Assembly (NCBI GenBank): GCA_965232535.1
Contig: CBDDPW010000007.1
Location: 21,420 to 85,419 of the forward strand
Length of the DNA stretch: 64,000 nt
Origin: Candidatus Poribacteria bacterium
GTDB taxonomy: Bacteria; Poribacteria; WGA-4E; JAJDTR01
Direction: 5' to 3'
Made by a program: the position numbers and the translations under genes. Positions 51,885 to 61,368 of this stretch are shown piece after piece (position 1 is the stretch's first letter; every line of letters starts with the position of its first letter). The notes under the pieces were generated by a model. That model made no database searches, was not told the origin of the DNA, and worked only from the letters and a program-made list of their open reading frames with translations.

Positions 51885-53810
51885 ATGCCAAATAACTTCC
51901 ACCAAAAACTAATCAACCTCCTCAAAACCGACGAAAGCCTCCTAGACGAGGAAGGCGAACTCATTACTGCCGCCATCCATCGCCGCGCGCGACAACTCGA
52001 CCACGCCCTCGTACGGTTGCTGCTCTCGGACGACGAAATCAAAGCTGAATTCTTTGAAGAAATCGACGGACACTGGATCTTCAATGTCCATGCCTTCACT
52101 CACTATCTGTCCAGCAAAAATTTCCTCGCCAACTCCTACACCCGCTTCCGCAACAAAATCGGCTTGAACATAGACGACAAATACCTACGCGAACGCGGCG
52201 AGGTGTCTCTCGTTTGGCCCTACAAAGATTGCGTCCTAGAGGGCGGACAGACAAGAGAGGAAGAAAAACGCACAGAAATTTTCTTCAATGAGCTTCTGGC
52301 GCAAGACGAGATTAACCGCCTCCTCGACCCGAAGGTGCTGACCAACTGGAAACGCTACACGGCGGAAGGTGAGGAGAACCCAAGCGAGATTCGACGCGAC
52401 GAGGACGGTGTAATACGCGAAAACCTGGTTATCAAAGGCAACAACCTCGTAGCGTTACACACGCTCAAGGGTCAGTTTCGTGGGCAGGTCAAATTAATCT
52501 ACATCGATCCACCCTACAACCCCGATAGTCAAGCGAATACATTTACTTATAACAACAGTTTTAATCACTCGAGTTGGTTGACATTCATGAAAAATCGCTT
52601 GGAAGTAGCGAAGGAGTTGCTTACCAAGGATGGGGTACTCATAGTTGCTATCGACGAAAACGAACAAGCTTATCTCAGCGTCCTGCTCAGTGAACTATTT
52701 GCCGAATATGAAATACACTGTATTACTATCGTACATAACCCTCGTGGTGTTCAGGGGACAAATTTCTCATACACGCATGAGTATGCCTTTTTCGTCATTC
52801 CTCAAGGAAAAAAGGTTATCGGAAACCGGAGAATTCCGTCTGATGAGATTACTTGGTCCAACTTCAGGAATTGGGGTGGAGAATCGAGACGGGAAAATGC
52901 CAAGAATTGCTTTTACCCGGTTATCGTTGAGAATGATGAGGTTGTAGGATTTGGCGACGTGGCTGAAGACCACGAACATCCTCTGACTCAAACTGTTTCT
53001 CACGGGGAAAGGGACTTTGTTTATCCAATTGATGCCAATATGGTTGAACGTAAATGGAGATATGCGCGTCAAAGTGTCGATGAAGTTAAGCATCTTCTGA
53101 GAGCTAAGCGGACGAACACAGGTTATCAAATTGAAATAGGCAAAGATTTCGAAGTACATCGCACGGTTTGGCAAGATAGCAGATACGATGCCAATATCTA
53201 TGGCACACAACTCGTTAAAGCACTTGTGCCCAATTGTAATTTTGCCTTCCCAAAATCTCTCTGGAATGTTTACGACTGCTTATACTCCGTCGTAGCAAAT
53301 GACAAGGACGCCATTGTCTTAGATTTTTTCGGCGGAAGCGGGACTACCGCCCATGCCGTGTTAGAATTGAACAAAGACGGAGGCAACCGAAAATTTATCA
53401 TCTGTGAACAAATGCACTACGTTGAAACCGTAACGATAGAGCGTGTAAGGAAGGTAATCGAACTGAATAATCAAGATGATTTCATTTACTGGGAACTTAT
53501 GCAATACAACGAAGCCTATATGGATAAAATCCAAGCCTCACAATCATCCGAGGAACTCGTCGCACTGTGGGTGGAAATCGCCGAAAACTCTTTCCTGAAC
53601 TACTATGTCAATCCAAAAACGCCGGAAGATGCGGTAGAGGCGTTCAAAGCAATTGGGCTTACCGAGAACGGATTGGAAAAACAAAAGAAGTGCTTGGCAG
53701 AACAACTCGACAAAAACCAACTGTACATTCACCTCTCCGAAATCGACGACCATGACTTTGATATCAACGAAAACGACAAGACGTTAAATCGGTCCTTTTA
53801 TGGTGATTGA
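51885..53810 (+). CDS. mod: Type III restriction-modification methyltransferase
   Basis: ENLVIKGNNL, IYIDPPYN, LDFFGGSGTTAHAVL. Confidence 0.9.
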   Translation: MPNNFHQKLINLLKTDESLLDEEGELITAAIHRRARQLDHALVRLLLSDDEIKAEFFEEIDGHWIFNVHAFTHYLSSKNFLANSYTRFRNKIGLNIDDKYLRERGEVSLVWPYKDCVLEGGQTREEEKRTEIFFNELLAQDEINRLLDPKVLTNWKRYTAEGEENPSEIRRDEDGVIRENLVIKGNNLVALHTLKGQFRGQVKLIYIDPPYNPDSQANTFTYNNSFNHSSWLTFMKNRLEVAKELLTKDGVLIVAIDENEQAYLSVLLSELFAEYEIHCITIVHNPRGVQGTNFSYTHEYAFFVIPQGKKVIGNRRIPSDEITWSNFRNWGGESRRENAKNCFYPVIVENDEVVGFGDVAEDHEHPLTQTVSHGERDFVYPIDANMVERKWRYARQSVDEVKHLLRAKRTNTGYQIEIGKDFEVHRTVWQDSRYDANIYGTQLVKALVPNCNFAFPKSLWNVYDCLYSVVANDKDAIVLDFFGGSGTTAHAVLELNKDGGNRKFIICEQMHYVETVTIERVRKVIELNNQDDFIYWELMQYNEAYMDKIQASQSSEELVALWVEIAENSFLNYYVNPKTPEDAVEAFKAIGLTENGLEKQKKCLAEQLDKNQLYIHLSEIDDHDFDINENDKTLNRSFYGD

Positions 53811-53836
53811 CCGGTTGTCTCGCGTTGCAAAAATTG

Positions 53837-54053
53837 TAACTGTTTAGTTCGATCCAAAAAGAGAAAAAATTGGTCTGGCATTTGTGTGAACCTGATCGAC
53901 AGCAGGCGGAGCGTTCCTCTGTGGAAGAGGCACCTCTTTGCGGGAGAGGATCAAGCGACTGGATAAGGAGCGATCAAATGAGATCAAGCGAGTGGATGGC
54001 GAGCGCAATAGAACTCTTGTAAAAAGTCTGCTAGAGATCCACTAAACACTTAC
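53837..54053. mobile_element. Probable MITE containing stuttered micro-element copies (53949-54018)
   Basis: GTAACTGTTTAGT / ACTAAACACTTAC inverted ends; a similar end at ~54795. Confidence 0.55.
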
Positions 54054-54123
54054 CATTTGGCTATGCCCTGATAACCACTGAAAGAAAATTTCCCTTGCTT
54101 CCCGCAACTCGTCAATTTTTAAC

Positions 54124-54152
54124 TTGATAACTTAACATGTATATAGTATAAT
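54124..54152 (+). promoter_or_regulatory. Near-consensus sigma70 promoter between mod and res
   Basis: TTGATA-17-TATAAT. Confidence 0.6.
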
Positions 54153-54721
54153 CAAATGCAGATACATTGTTAACGCCAAAAAACGCGAACCACTACTAAC
54201 TCAACTCGGCGTTCGCAATGTGATGAATTGGCGCCATCGTCAAAAAAAAGCGAAAAAGTGTCGGGTTTCGTCAAGTTTCGTCAAGTTTATACCCCGTCAT
54301 TGACTGGAATGGCGTGATTTTTCGGAATCAGTCTGCGCTTTTGTCCGACAGAGCGCAGATACCGAGTTTTTTCCACGTGGAAGCATGAGATTGACGAAAA
54401 TGAGATCAATTTATCCATAGTGTAGCAAACGCGAACCAAAAACTCGGTTTCTTTCTAATAGGTAGCAACTTGCGTAGATAGAAAAATTACCAATGCCGAA
54501 ACATATTGAGCACAGCAAATTTATAGACGCATCATTACTTTCTAACCCTCTATCCAAGTGCTCCCCAAAAAAGTGGGGTCAAATATACGAGCGCACTTTA
54601 GCGCACTTTGGTGAAGTGTGTCGCGCATGGCTTCAAGTCGCGCCCGGTAAGGCTTCAAGCGCAATTTCAGAGCGTGTCGAAAGAGTGCGCTCTAATCTCG
54701 ACAACATCACTGTAAACGAAC

Positions 54722-54781
54722 GATTAAGGAAGCGAATAGCGACCGATCAAACGAATGAATAATGACTGCGATTGAGTTCCC
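54722..54781 (+). repeat. Micro-element: 23-nt partial copy abutting a full copy
   Basis: GATTAA-GG-AA-GC-GAATA-GC-GA-CC then GATCAAACGAATGAATAATGACTGCGATTGAGTTCCC. Confidence 0.75.
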
Positions 54782-54905
54782 ATAAAGATTCATAGCAACT
54801 GTTTAGTCCATTGATTTCTGGGGTCGAGCCTTATGAATTTAGACGGTCTTTTTTGCTTTTTTTGGCGTACCCGCTGCGGATGCCCATTTTCCCGGTTCGT
54901 AGTAG

Positions 54906-54942
54906 GATCAACTGAGCGGATAGCGAAGGCGATAAGGATCCC
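54906..54942 (+). repeat. 37-nt micro-element inserted in a GTAG REP
   Basis: GATCAACTGAGCGGATAGCGAAGGCGATAAGGATCCC between GTAG and ATTCCCAATCCCGAT; uninterrupted sister REP at ~54979-55003. Confidence 0.85.
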
Positions 54943-55235
54943 ATTCCCAATCCCGATTTGTGAGAGAGACACTCCTCTGTGGGAGGGATTTCCCAATCCC
55001 GATTAAGGAAATCCCAAGGCGATAGAAAGTTTTGCTAGCAAATCCTGATAGAGATCCCCGCATGCCGTCCGTTCGCACTTGCCGTCATCATACTTACAGC
55101 AAGAAAACCGTCCCGGCGAATATAATCCGTGAAATCCTTTGATCCGTGTAATCTGTGATTCAGACAATCACTAACGTCCCATAAGCGCTATCCATTTAGA
55201 AAATAAACCACACATCTACGCTAAACTGGATATTA

Positions 55236-57818
55236 ATGCCTGATAATTTCCTATATCAAGACCTCAACTCTGCGATTCAATTGGGATTCTTGAACGTCGA
55301 AATTCCCGATTGGCTCAGAGAGAACCTTAACCCCAAATTCGACCGGCGTTCCTACCAAGAAGAGGCATTTGCCCGGTTCTTTCACTGTCTGGACAATGAC
55401 TTTCCGGGAAAAGAGCATCCCCTGCATCTTCTCTTCAACATGGCAACCGGCAGCGGCAAAACCCTCATTATGGCGGGGTTAATCCTCTACCTCTACGACA
55501 AAGGTTATCGCAACTTCCTCTTCTTTGTCAATTCCACCAACATCATCGAAAAGACAAAGGACAACTTCCTCAATCCCCTCTCATCCAAATATCTGTTCAA
55601 CGCCCCCATCCGTTTCGGCAGCCATCAGGTTTCCGTGACGCCGGTCGCTAACTTCGAAGGCGCCAACGACAAAGACATCAACATCTGTTTCACCACCATC
55701 CAAAAACTCCACTCCGACCTGACGACGCAAAGAGAGAACGCTATCACCTTCGAAGACTTCCGAAAGCATCGCGTCATCCTGATAGCCGACGAATCCCATC
55801 ACATGAATGTAAACACCAGATCCGAGAGAGAGTTGTTTGACAGTTGGGAGAACACCGTCGAGCGCATCTTTCACCAGAACCGGGACAACCTGCTGCTGGA
55901 ATTTACCGCAACCCACGACTACGAAACACCCGCGATGGTGGAGAAATACAGGAACAAGGTTATCAACCGTTACGACCTGCTCCAATTCCGCAACGATGGC
56001 TTTTCGAAAGATGTCGTCATCGTCCAATCCGATTTCGATTTGAACCGGCGCATCCTCCAGGCGCTTATTCTCAGTCAATACAAACACGAGGTGGCGGCAA
56101 AGAACGAATATCGAATTAACCTCAAACCGGTAATCCTTTTCAAAGCGCATCGTACCATTGAACAGTCAAAAGAGAACAAAGCCAACTTTCATCGCCTGAT
56201 TGATGAACTCACGGCTGAGCACGTGGAGGCAATCCGTCAATCAAACATTCCTGCTGTTCAACGCGCGTTTGAATTCTTCGACACGGAGGGCACCGGCAAC
56301 AACGAGTTGGCGGAACGTTTGAAATGGGAATTTCAAGAGGACTACTGCCTCTCGGTCAATAATGAAAACGAAAAAGAAACCTATCAAATTCTGGTCAACA
56401 CCCTTGAAGACCGAAACAACCGTATTCGCGCAATCTTTGCCGTCCAGAAACTCAACGAAGGTTGGGATGTGCTAAACCTATTCGATATCGTTCGCTGCTA
56501 TGAAGCGCGCGATTCGGGAAGTAACAGAATCGGAAAAACGACAATATCCGAAGCCCAACTCATTGGCCGTGGCGCTCGCTATTTTCCCTTTGTCCTCCCG
56601 GACAACGATGAGCGTTACCGTCGAAAATTTGATGGAGACCTTGACCACGAACTCCGCGCCATTGAGGAGTTGCATTACCACAGCATCAACGATTCCCGTT
56701 ATATCTCGGAACTTCGCACCGCACTAATCGAAGAAGGCGTAATCGACAGCAGAGAGGTTACCCGCGAGGTGAAACTCAAGCAACCGTTCAAGCGCACCGA
56801 CTTCTACAAATACGGCGTCATCTGGCTGAACGACCGCCTTCCCAAAGATTACCGGTACGTGAATTCGTTTAACGATTTGGGTGTCACGCGAAGGAACTAC
56901 GTTCATCGGATCGCCACAGGTCAAGGCGAAGCACAAGCCGTCTTCGATGCGGATGGTCAGACGCCCGTGGTTCACGACGAGAATCGCAGAGATGTGAAGA
57001 TAACAAATCTTGGGCGAAACATAGTCCAAGCCGCAATTGCCCGCAATCCCTTTTTCACCTTCGCATCACTCAAACGCTATTTTCCCCATCTTACTTCAAT
57101 CCGCGAATTCATAACTTCCGAAGCCTATCTCGGCGGTTTGGAAATCACTTTTGAAGGCAATCTGTACGGATTGGACGAGAACCCCGACGAAAAACGCGCC
57201 GCGGTGTCGGGCTTATTAAGCGAAATTGAATCCGAAGTGCGCGAGCAAACAACGGATTACGAAGGCACTAAGGAATTCCAGCGGCGATGCTGGGTGCGCG
57301 AGGTATTCAAAGACAAAGTCCTGAAATTTGACGCCAACAACACCCGTGCCGAAGACGACGCACAATTTGAGCACTTCGTTTCCTCCAAGGACTGGTTCGC
57401 CAACAACACCATCTACGGCACGAGCGAAGAAAAAGCCTTCGTGCGTATGCTTGACAGGTTCATCATTCAGCTAGAAGAACAGTGCGACGAAATCTACCTC
57501 CTGCGCAACGAGGGACATTTCGCCATTTATAGCTTCTCCGATGGGAGTGCTTTCCAACCCGACTTTGCCCTCTTCCTGCGAGAGAAAAACGGAGAGATGT
57601 CCGTCTACCAACTCTTTGTCGAACCGAAAGGAGCGCACCTCAAGGAGCACGATAAATGGAAGGAATCATTCCTCGCTGAAATTACGTCCGAATTTGAGGA
57701 CAGACGATTGGAGTTTAACAATAAGAAATTCCGCTTGATCGGCGTGCCGTTCTACGACTACGAAGGCGAGAACGAGTTCAAGGAAGCACTTGAATCCGTT
57801 TTATCACGGGGAGATTGA
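55236..57818 (+). CDS. res: Type III restriction endonuclease subunit
   Basis: MATGSGKT, ADESHH, EGWDV, QLIGRGAR, FQPDF...FVEPKG. Confidence 0.9.
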   Translation: MPDNFLYQDLNSAIQLGFLNVEIPDWLRENLNPKFDRRSYQEEAFARFFHCLDNDFPGKEHPLHLLFNMATGSGKTLIMAGLILYLYDKGYRNFLFFVNSTNIIEKTKDNFLNPLSSKYLFNAPIRFGSHQVSVTPVANFEGANDKDINICFTTIQKLHSDLTTQRENAITFEDFRKHRVILIADESHHMNVNTRSERELFDSWENTVERIFHQNRDNLLLEFTATHDYETPAMVEKYRNKVINRYDLLQFRNDGFSKDVVIVQSDFDLNRRILQALILSQYKHEVAAKNEYRINLKPVILFKAHRTIEQSKENKANFHRLIDELTAEHVEAIRQSNIPAVQRAFEFFDTEGTGNNELAERLKWEFQEDYCLSVNNENEKETYQILVNTLEDRNNRIRAIFAVQKLNEGWDVLNLFDIVRCYEARDSGSNRIGKTTISEAQLIGRGARYFPFVLPDNDERYRRKFDGDLDHELRAIEELHYHSINDSRYISELRTALIEEGVIDSREVTREVKLKQPFKRTDFYKYGVIWLNDRLPKDYRYVNSFNDLGVTRRNYVHRIATGQGEAQAVFDADGQTPVVHDENRRDVKITNLGRNIVQAAIARNPFFTFASLKRYFPHLTSIREFITSEAYLGGLEITFEGNLYGLDENPDEKRAAVSGLLSEIESEVREQTTDYEGTKEFQRRCWVREVFKDKVLKFDANNTRAEDDAQFEHFVSSKDWFANNTIYGTSEEKAFVRMLDRFIIQLEEQCDEIYLLRNEGHFAIYSFSDGSAFQPDFALFLREKNGEMSVYQLFVEPKGAHLKEHDKWKESFLAEITSEFEDRRLEFNNKKFRLIGVPFYDYEGENEFKEALESVLSRGD

Positions 57819-57828
57819 AATTGATTTA

Positions 57829-57857
57829 TTGACACCATAAGGAAGATTTATTATGAT
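57829..57857 (+). promoter_or_regulatory. Candidate sigma70 promoter
   Basis: TTGACA-17-TATGAT. Confidence 0.55.
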
Positions 57858-57990
57858 ATTTGAAATTGGCTGGTGTGGCGACTAGCGTTAACTTAATCCA
57901 AGTAGTTTCGTATTAAAATCTCTAGATTTTGTTAGCGCTGAGGAGTTCACTCTACTTTAACTTTACTAGCAGAATAAACGGAGGAAACAG

Positions 57991-59043
57991 ATGATTAAGT
58001 CATCAATGCTAAATCCTGAAAATTCTTACAGATGTTTAGTTGCTCTGGTTGCCTTGACGTTTACATTTTCCCTCGGCTCCGCATCAGCGGAGATTAAGTT
58101 GACCGATGATTTATCCATCTCGGGCTTCCTAGACATGTCGAGCACCACGACAAGCGGCGGTGATGAAACGGAGATTGGCCTGTCATTCGACCAGTTCGAG
58201 CTGGATTTCCACCTTGACCAAGGTTCGGTCACCGGGCGTGTTGATGTACATAGCAGCCCTGGTGAACACGGGAATACGGGGATCAAGCTTGAGCAAGCCT
58301 ATGTCACGTACGCGCTCCCCGAGTCGACCGTGTCCGGTGTGAGCATTAAAGCCGGCAGGTTTCTCAGTGCAATGGGATTTGAATCCGATGAGCCAACGGG
58401 ACTCTATCAATACTCCTTTTCCGAGGGGATTCCCTATCCCGGTTATCAGAACGGAATCGGAGTTGATATAAATCCCACAAAGCAACTTGGGATTTATGTT
58501 GCTCTCCTGTCCGGGGTGTGGGACGTGAATGATACGAATCTGAAGGATCCGGGTATCGAAGCCCAGTTGGCGCTAACTCCAACCGAGCAGATTACCGCCA
58601 AGGTCGGTTATGCCATGGACAAGCTAGAGGACTATTCGCAAAGCGAATTGAACGCATGGGCGCAATTCACGCAGGGACCGCTGACGCTCGCCGGTGAGAT
58701 CGATCTGTTGCAGAACTGGGGCCACGAAGGCGATAACGGAATGCACTTTTTGGGGATGGCGAACATCTCGCTGGAGGACATGATAGGCGCACCCGTCGGG
58801 GTGACTCTGCGCTTTAGCGGTATCAATCTGGATGAGGGTGGCGACCACGCGGATGAAGAAGACGATGGTCACGGGCACGCCCCTCCTAGTGCGGACGAGG
58901 GCGGCGAATCTTCTACCTCAACAGAGTTCACGCTCAGTCCCTCCTATTCGGTTACGGATAACTGGTTAATACTCGCGGAGTTTAAGCAACGTATTGACGC
59001 CGAGGAGACCATCATAGCGCTTGAGTCGCTCTTCACGTTCTAA
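57991..59043 (+). CDS. Outer-membrane beta-barrel porin
   Basis: Signal peptide; ISGFLDMS, LEQAYVTY, GRFLSAMGFE; C-terminal Phe. Confidence 0.8.
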   Translation: MIKSSMLNPENSYRCLVALVALTFTFSLGSASAEIKLTDDLSISGFLDMSSTTTSGGDETEIGLSFDQFELDFHLDQGSVTGRVDVHSSPGEHGNTGIKLEQAYVTYALPESTVSGVSIKAGRFLSAMGFESDEPTGLYQYSFSEGIPYPGYQNGIGVDINPTKQLGIYVALLSGVWDVNDTNLKDPGIEAQLALTPTEQITAKVGYAMDKLEDYSQSELNAWAQFTQGPLTLAGEIDLLQNWGHEGDNGMHFLGMANISLEDMIGAPVGVTLRFSGINLDEGGDHADEEDDGHGHAPPSADEGGESSTSTEFTLSPSYSVTDNWLILAEFKQRIDAEETIIALESLFTF

Positions 59044-59100
59044 AATGCTGGCATCCGTACGCTGGATATCAGTATAACGGGTTTGAGTTTCCCTTAACTG

Positions 59101-59196
59101 AGAAACCGAGTTTTTGGATTGAGGTTCGCTTATATATGGGTAAATCAATCTAAATTTCTTCAATCTCGTGATTCCACGTTGAAAAAACTCGGTTTC
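59101..59196. repeat. AGAAACCGAGTTTTT inverted pair (related at 6556-6589 and 54361-54451)
   Basis: AGAAACCGAGTTTTT ... AAAAACTCGGTTTCT. Confidence 0.65.
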
Positions 59197-59299
59197 TGTG
59201 CTCTTGTTTAACGAAGGTGACAACTTACGTCATTTAAGTGTCGAATGTGTCTTCGATTGACGATAAGATCAAGAGATTGGCGGAAGCGCATCACCGTAC

Positions 59300-59535
59300 C
59301 AGGGGAAACGCATCTAAATTTTCTGCATCATAAGAAAGAAAAACAGGCTAAGTTTGTGACACTATTTTGGGATTCGTAGGTTGGGTTGAACGGAAATTCG
59401 TTAGTAATCGCTAATCTTGTAACAGTTTTCGAGTGCCTATTTCGCTTGAACGCGCCAAAATTTGAGTGAAACCCAACATGAATCGTACGGCCTACCACCA
59501 TGAGACCTCATCTGCAATTAGATGCGTTTCTCCTG
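59300..59535. mobile_element. MITE with ISAs1-like ends
   Basis: CAGGGGAAACGCATCTAA / TTAGATGCGTTTCTCCTG; 10-bp TSD ATCACCGTAC / ATCGCCGCAC (8/10). Confidence 0.8.
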
Positions 59536-59554
59536 ATCGCCGCACTAAAACAGC

Positions 59555-59583
59555 TTGACACCCTGCGCAGTTTCGTTTAGAAT
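59555..59583 (+). promoter_or_regulatory. Candidate sigma70 promoter
   Basis: TTGACA-17-TAGAAT. Confidence 0.6.
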
Positions 59584-59654
59584 CTAACAACGGTTTTGTT
59601 GGAACGTATAATTTGATGTGTAGGCATACCTAGCAACTCGAAGGACAGCGAACA

Positions 59655-60056
59655 ATGAAAATAGCGTATGTATTCGCACTGCCTAGAACGGCAAGTTACA
59701 AATTGGCTCAGATGATTTTGCCTCAACTTGAAGCCGGTACGCACGGTGTTGAAGTCGTCGGAATGTTCTTTTTCGATGACAACAACTTTGTTTTGAAAAA
59801 AGGCGATCCGATAGGAGAGCGGCTAGCGAAAGTCGCCAAAGAGAGTGGAATGCTCCTGATGATGTGTGATATGTGCGCTTTGGAACGCAATCTGGCTGAA
59901 GGTGAGCCAAGATGGTGCGATGCAGAGGGAACGGGCCGAACCGAGCCGGGAGAAATTCGTACTGTTGGCACTGTAGAAGGCGTTCAGGTGGGCTGTTTTC
60001 CGGATCTGTATGGCGCGCTTTCCGGTAATCCGCCGGACCAAGTAATTACGCTATGA
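59655..60056 (+). CDS. DsrE-related protein, SaoD-like
   Basis: MILPQLE..HGVEVVGMFFFDDN, CDMCALER, GCFPDLY, DQVITL. Confidence 0.75.
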   Translation: MKIAYVFALPRTASYKLAQMILPQLEAGTHGVEVVGMFFFDDNNFVLKKGDPIGERLAKVAKESGMLLMMCDMCALERNLAEGEPRWCDAEGTGRTEPGEIRTVGTVEGVQVGCFPDLYGALSGNPPDQVITL

Positions 60057-60279
60057 GTTGTGCTCGCATTTTCTTTGAAACCGTTATCCGGATGGAAAAA
60101 TCCGGCTCGTTGACGCATATTTAACACAGAATTGTCGCGCCGTTAATACATTTTTTGATTAAATTCCTACCTATCGCTCCGCAAATAGTGAAAGCAGCGA
60201 TGGTGGCATCTTATTTGCTCCTTGCAGCCTTCAGAAGCAGTGCCAGCGCTTCTGAATCCAACAAGAAAGGAGTGAAACG

Positions 60280-61101
60280 ATGATGTATCGAGAATTTTGG
60301 AAGTCGATTCCCCTTTTCCTGATTGCAGGCTTTCTGGCGGCGTGCGCTGCAAAGCCGCGCGTTGATATCTACATAGAGCCAGTGGTAGGACGAGAGGGAA
60401 CACAGGTTGATGAGCGTACCGGAGCATTAACAACTGAGCAACATGGCGTGGAGATTACGGTGGAGCCTTTGGACGAAGTAGAACTGTTCGAGCTGACAAA
60501 ACGTCCGGAGATTAACCCTTATATTGGAGTGAGTCGTTGGGGAAACGTCGAACCGCTGTACACCGTTTTTGAAATTACTGTCCGAAACTCGGACAACAAG
60601 CGTGTGGAGGTAGGCGAGACTGCGATACTGATTGATGAGCATGGCGAGCAGTACGGTTCCCTACCCTACGATTTTTTCAAAGATCTGTACCAAGACGAAC
60701 ACCCGCGTGCAGCCATTTATTACGACATTGACTACGCGTACAACTACCCCTATCCGCGCTCGTACTATCGGAGTCCGTATCGCTACTACTTCCGACGACC
60801 GTTTTATCCCCGTCGTTACTATCCCTACTATAGGTCGCCGCTCCACGTGTACCACGCCCATCCGGATACGCGTGTATTGGATAACACCCGCATGTTTACG
60901 CGCGCCAGCATATTTGACGGAAGTAAGCTTTTTCCCGGGGCGAAGCGGATGGGGCTACTAGTGTTTGACCGGCTTGATATGGACACGACAGATATGAGGG
61001 TCGTCGTTCCCGAGGTCCGAATTACAGATAATGAAGGAAGTCGCCGCAAAGTTAATTTCGAGTTTGATTTTCGGCAGGTTGTTGCCCTTGAAGAAAGATG
61101 A
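60280..61101 (+). CDS. Lipoprotein with Tyr/Arg/Pro-rich low-complexity insert
   Basis: Lipobox LAAC; YYRSPYRYYFRRPFYPRRYYPYY. Confidence 0.75.
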   Translation: MMYREFWKSIPLFLIAGFLAACAAKPRVDIYIEPVVGREGTQVDERTGALTTEQHGVEITVEPLDEVELFELTKRPEINPYIGVSRWGNVEPLYTVFEITVRNSDNKRVEVGETAILIDEHGEQYGSLPYDFFKDLYQDEHPRAAIYYDIDYAYNYPYPRSYYRSPYRYYFRRPFYPRRYYPYYRSPLHVYHAHPDTRVLDNTRMFTRASIFDGSKLFPGAKRMGLLVFDRLDMDTTDMRVVVPEVRITDNEGSRRKVNFEFDFRQVVALEER

Positions 61102-61368
61102 CTTGACCCTAGTCATCGCACCGGGTGAATTCTTTAATGCCTGCCTCAGTGTGTACGGCCGAGATTAACATTGCGGGAAGTGAAGCGTAATAGGGTGCAT
61201 TTCCCGAATGTCATCCGCGAGGCAATATGGCTTATTTTATCCGGAGTTTTCAGATTGTTCGAAAATCGTCGAACCCTCTTTTTCATTGCCAGTATGAGCG
61301 ATAAACACCATCGTTTATGCTGGCAATTTTATTGAACTGCGAAAAATCTAAATTGCAGGAGGAAGAAT

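Noticed and set aside
54493-54762. 89-aa ORF between mod and res
   Set aside because: No RBS or recognisable motif, and its 3' end is made of micro-element repeats.
61102-61368. Glycine riboswitch upstream of AGCS
   Set aside because: Hallmark GGAGA, CCGAAG and CTCTCAGG segments were not found.
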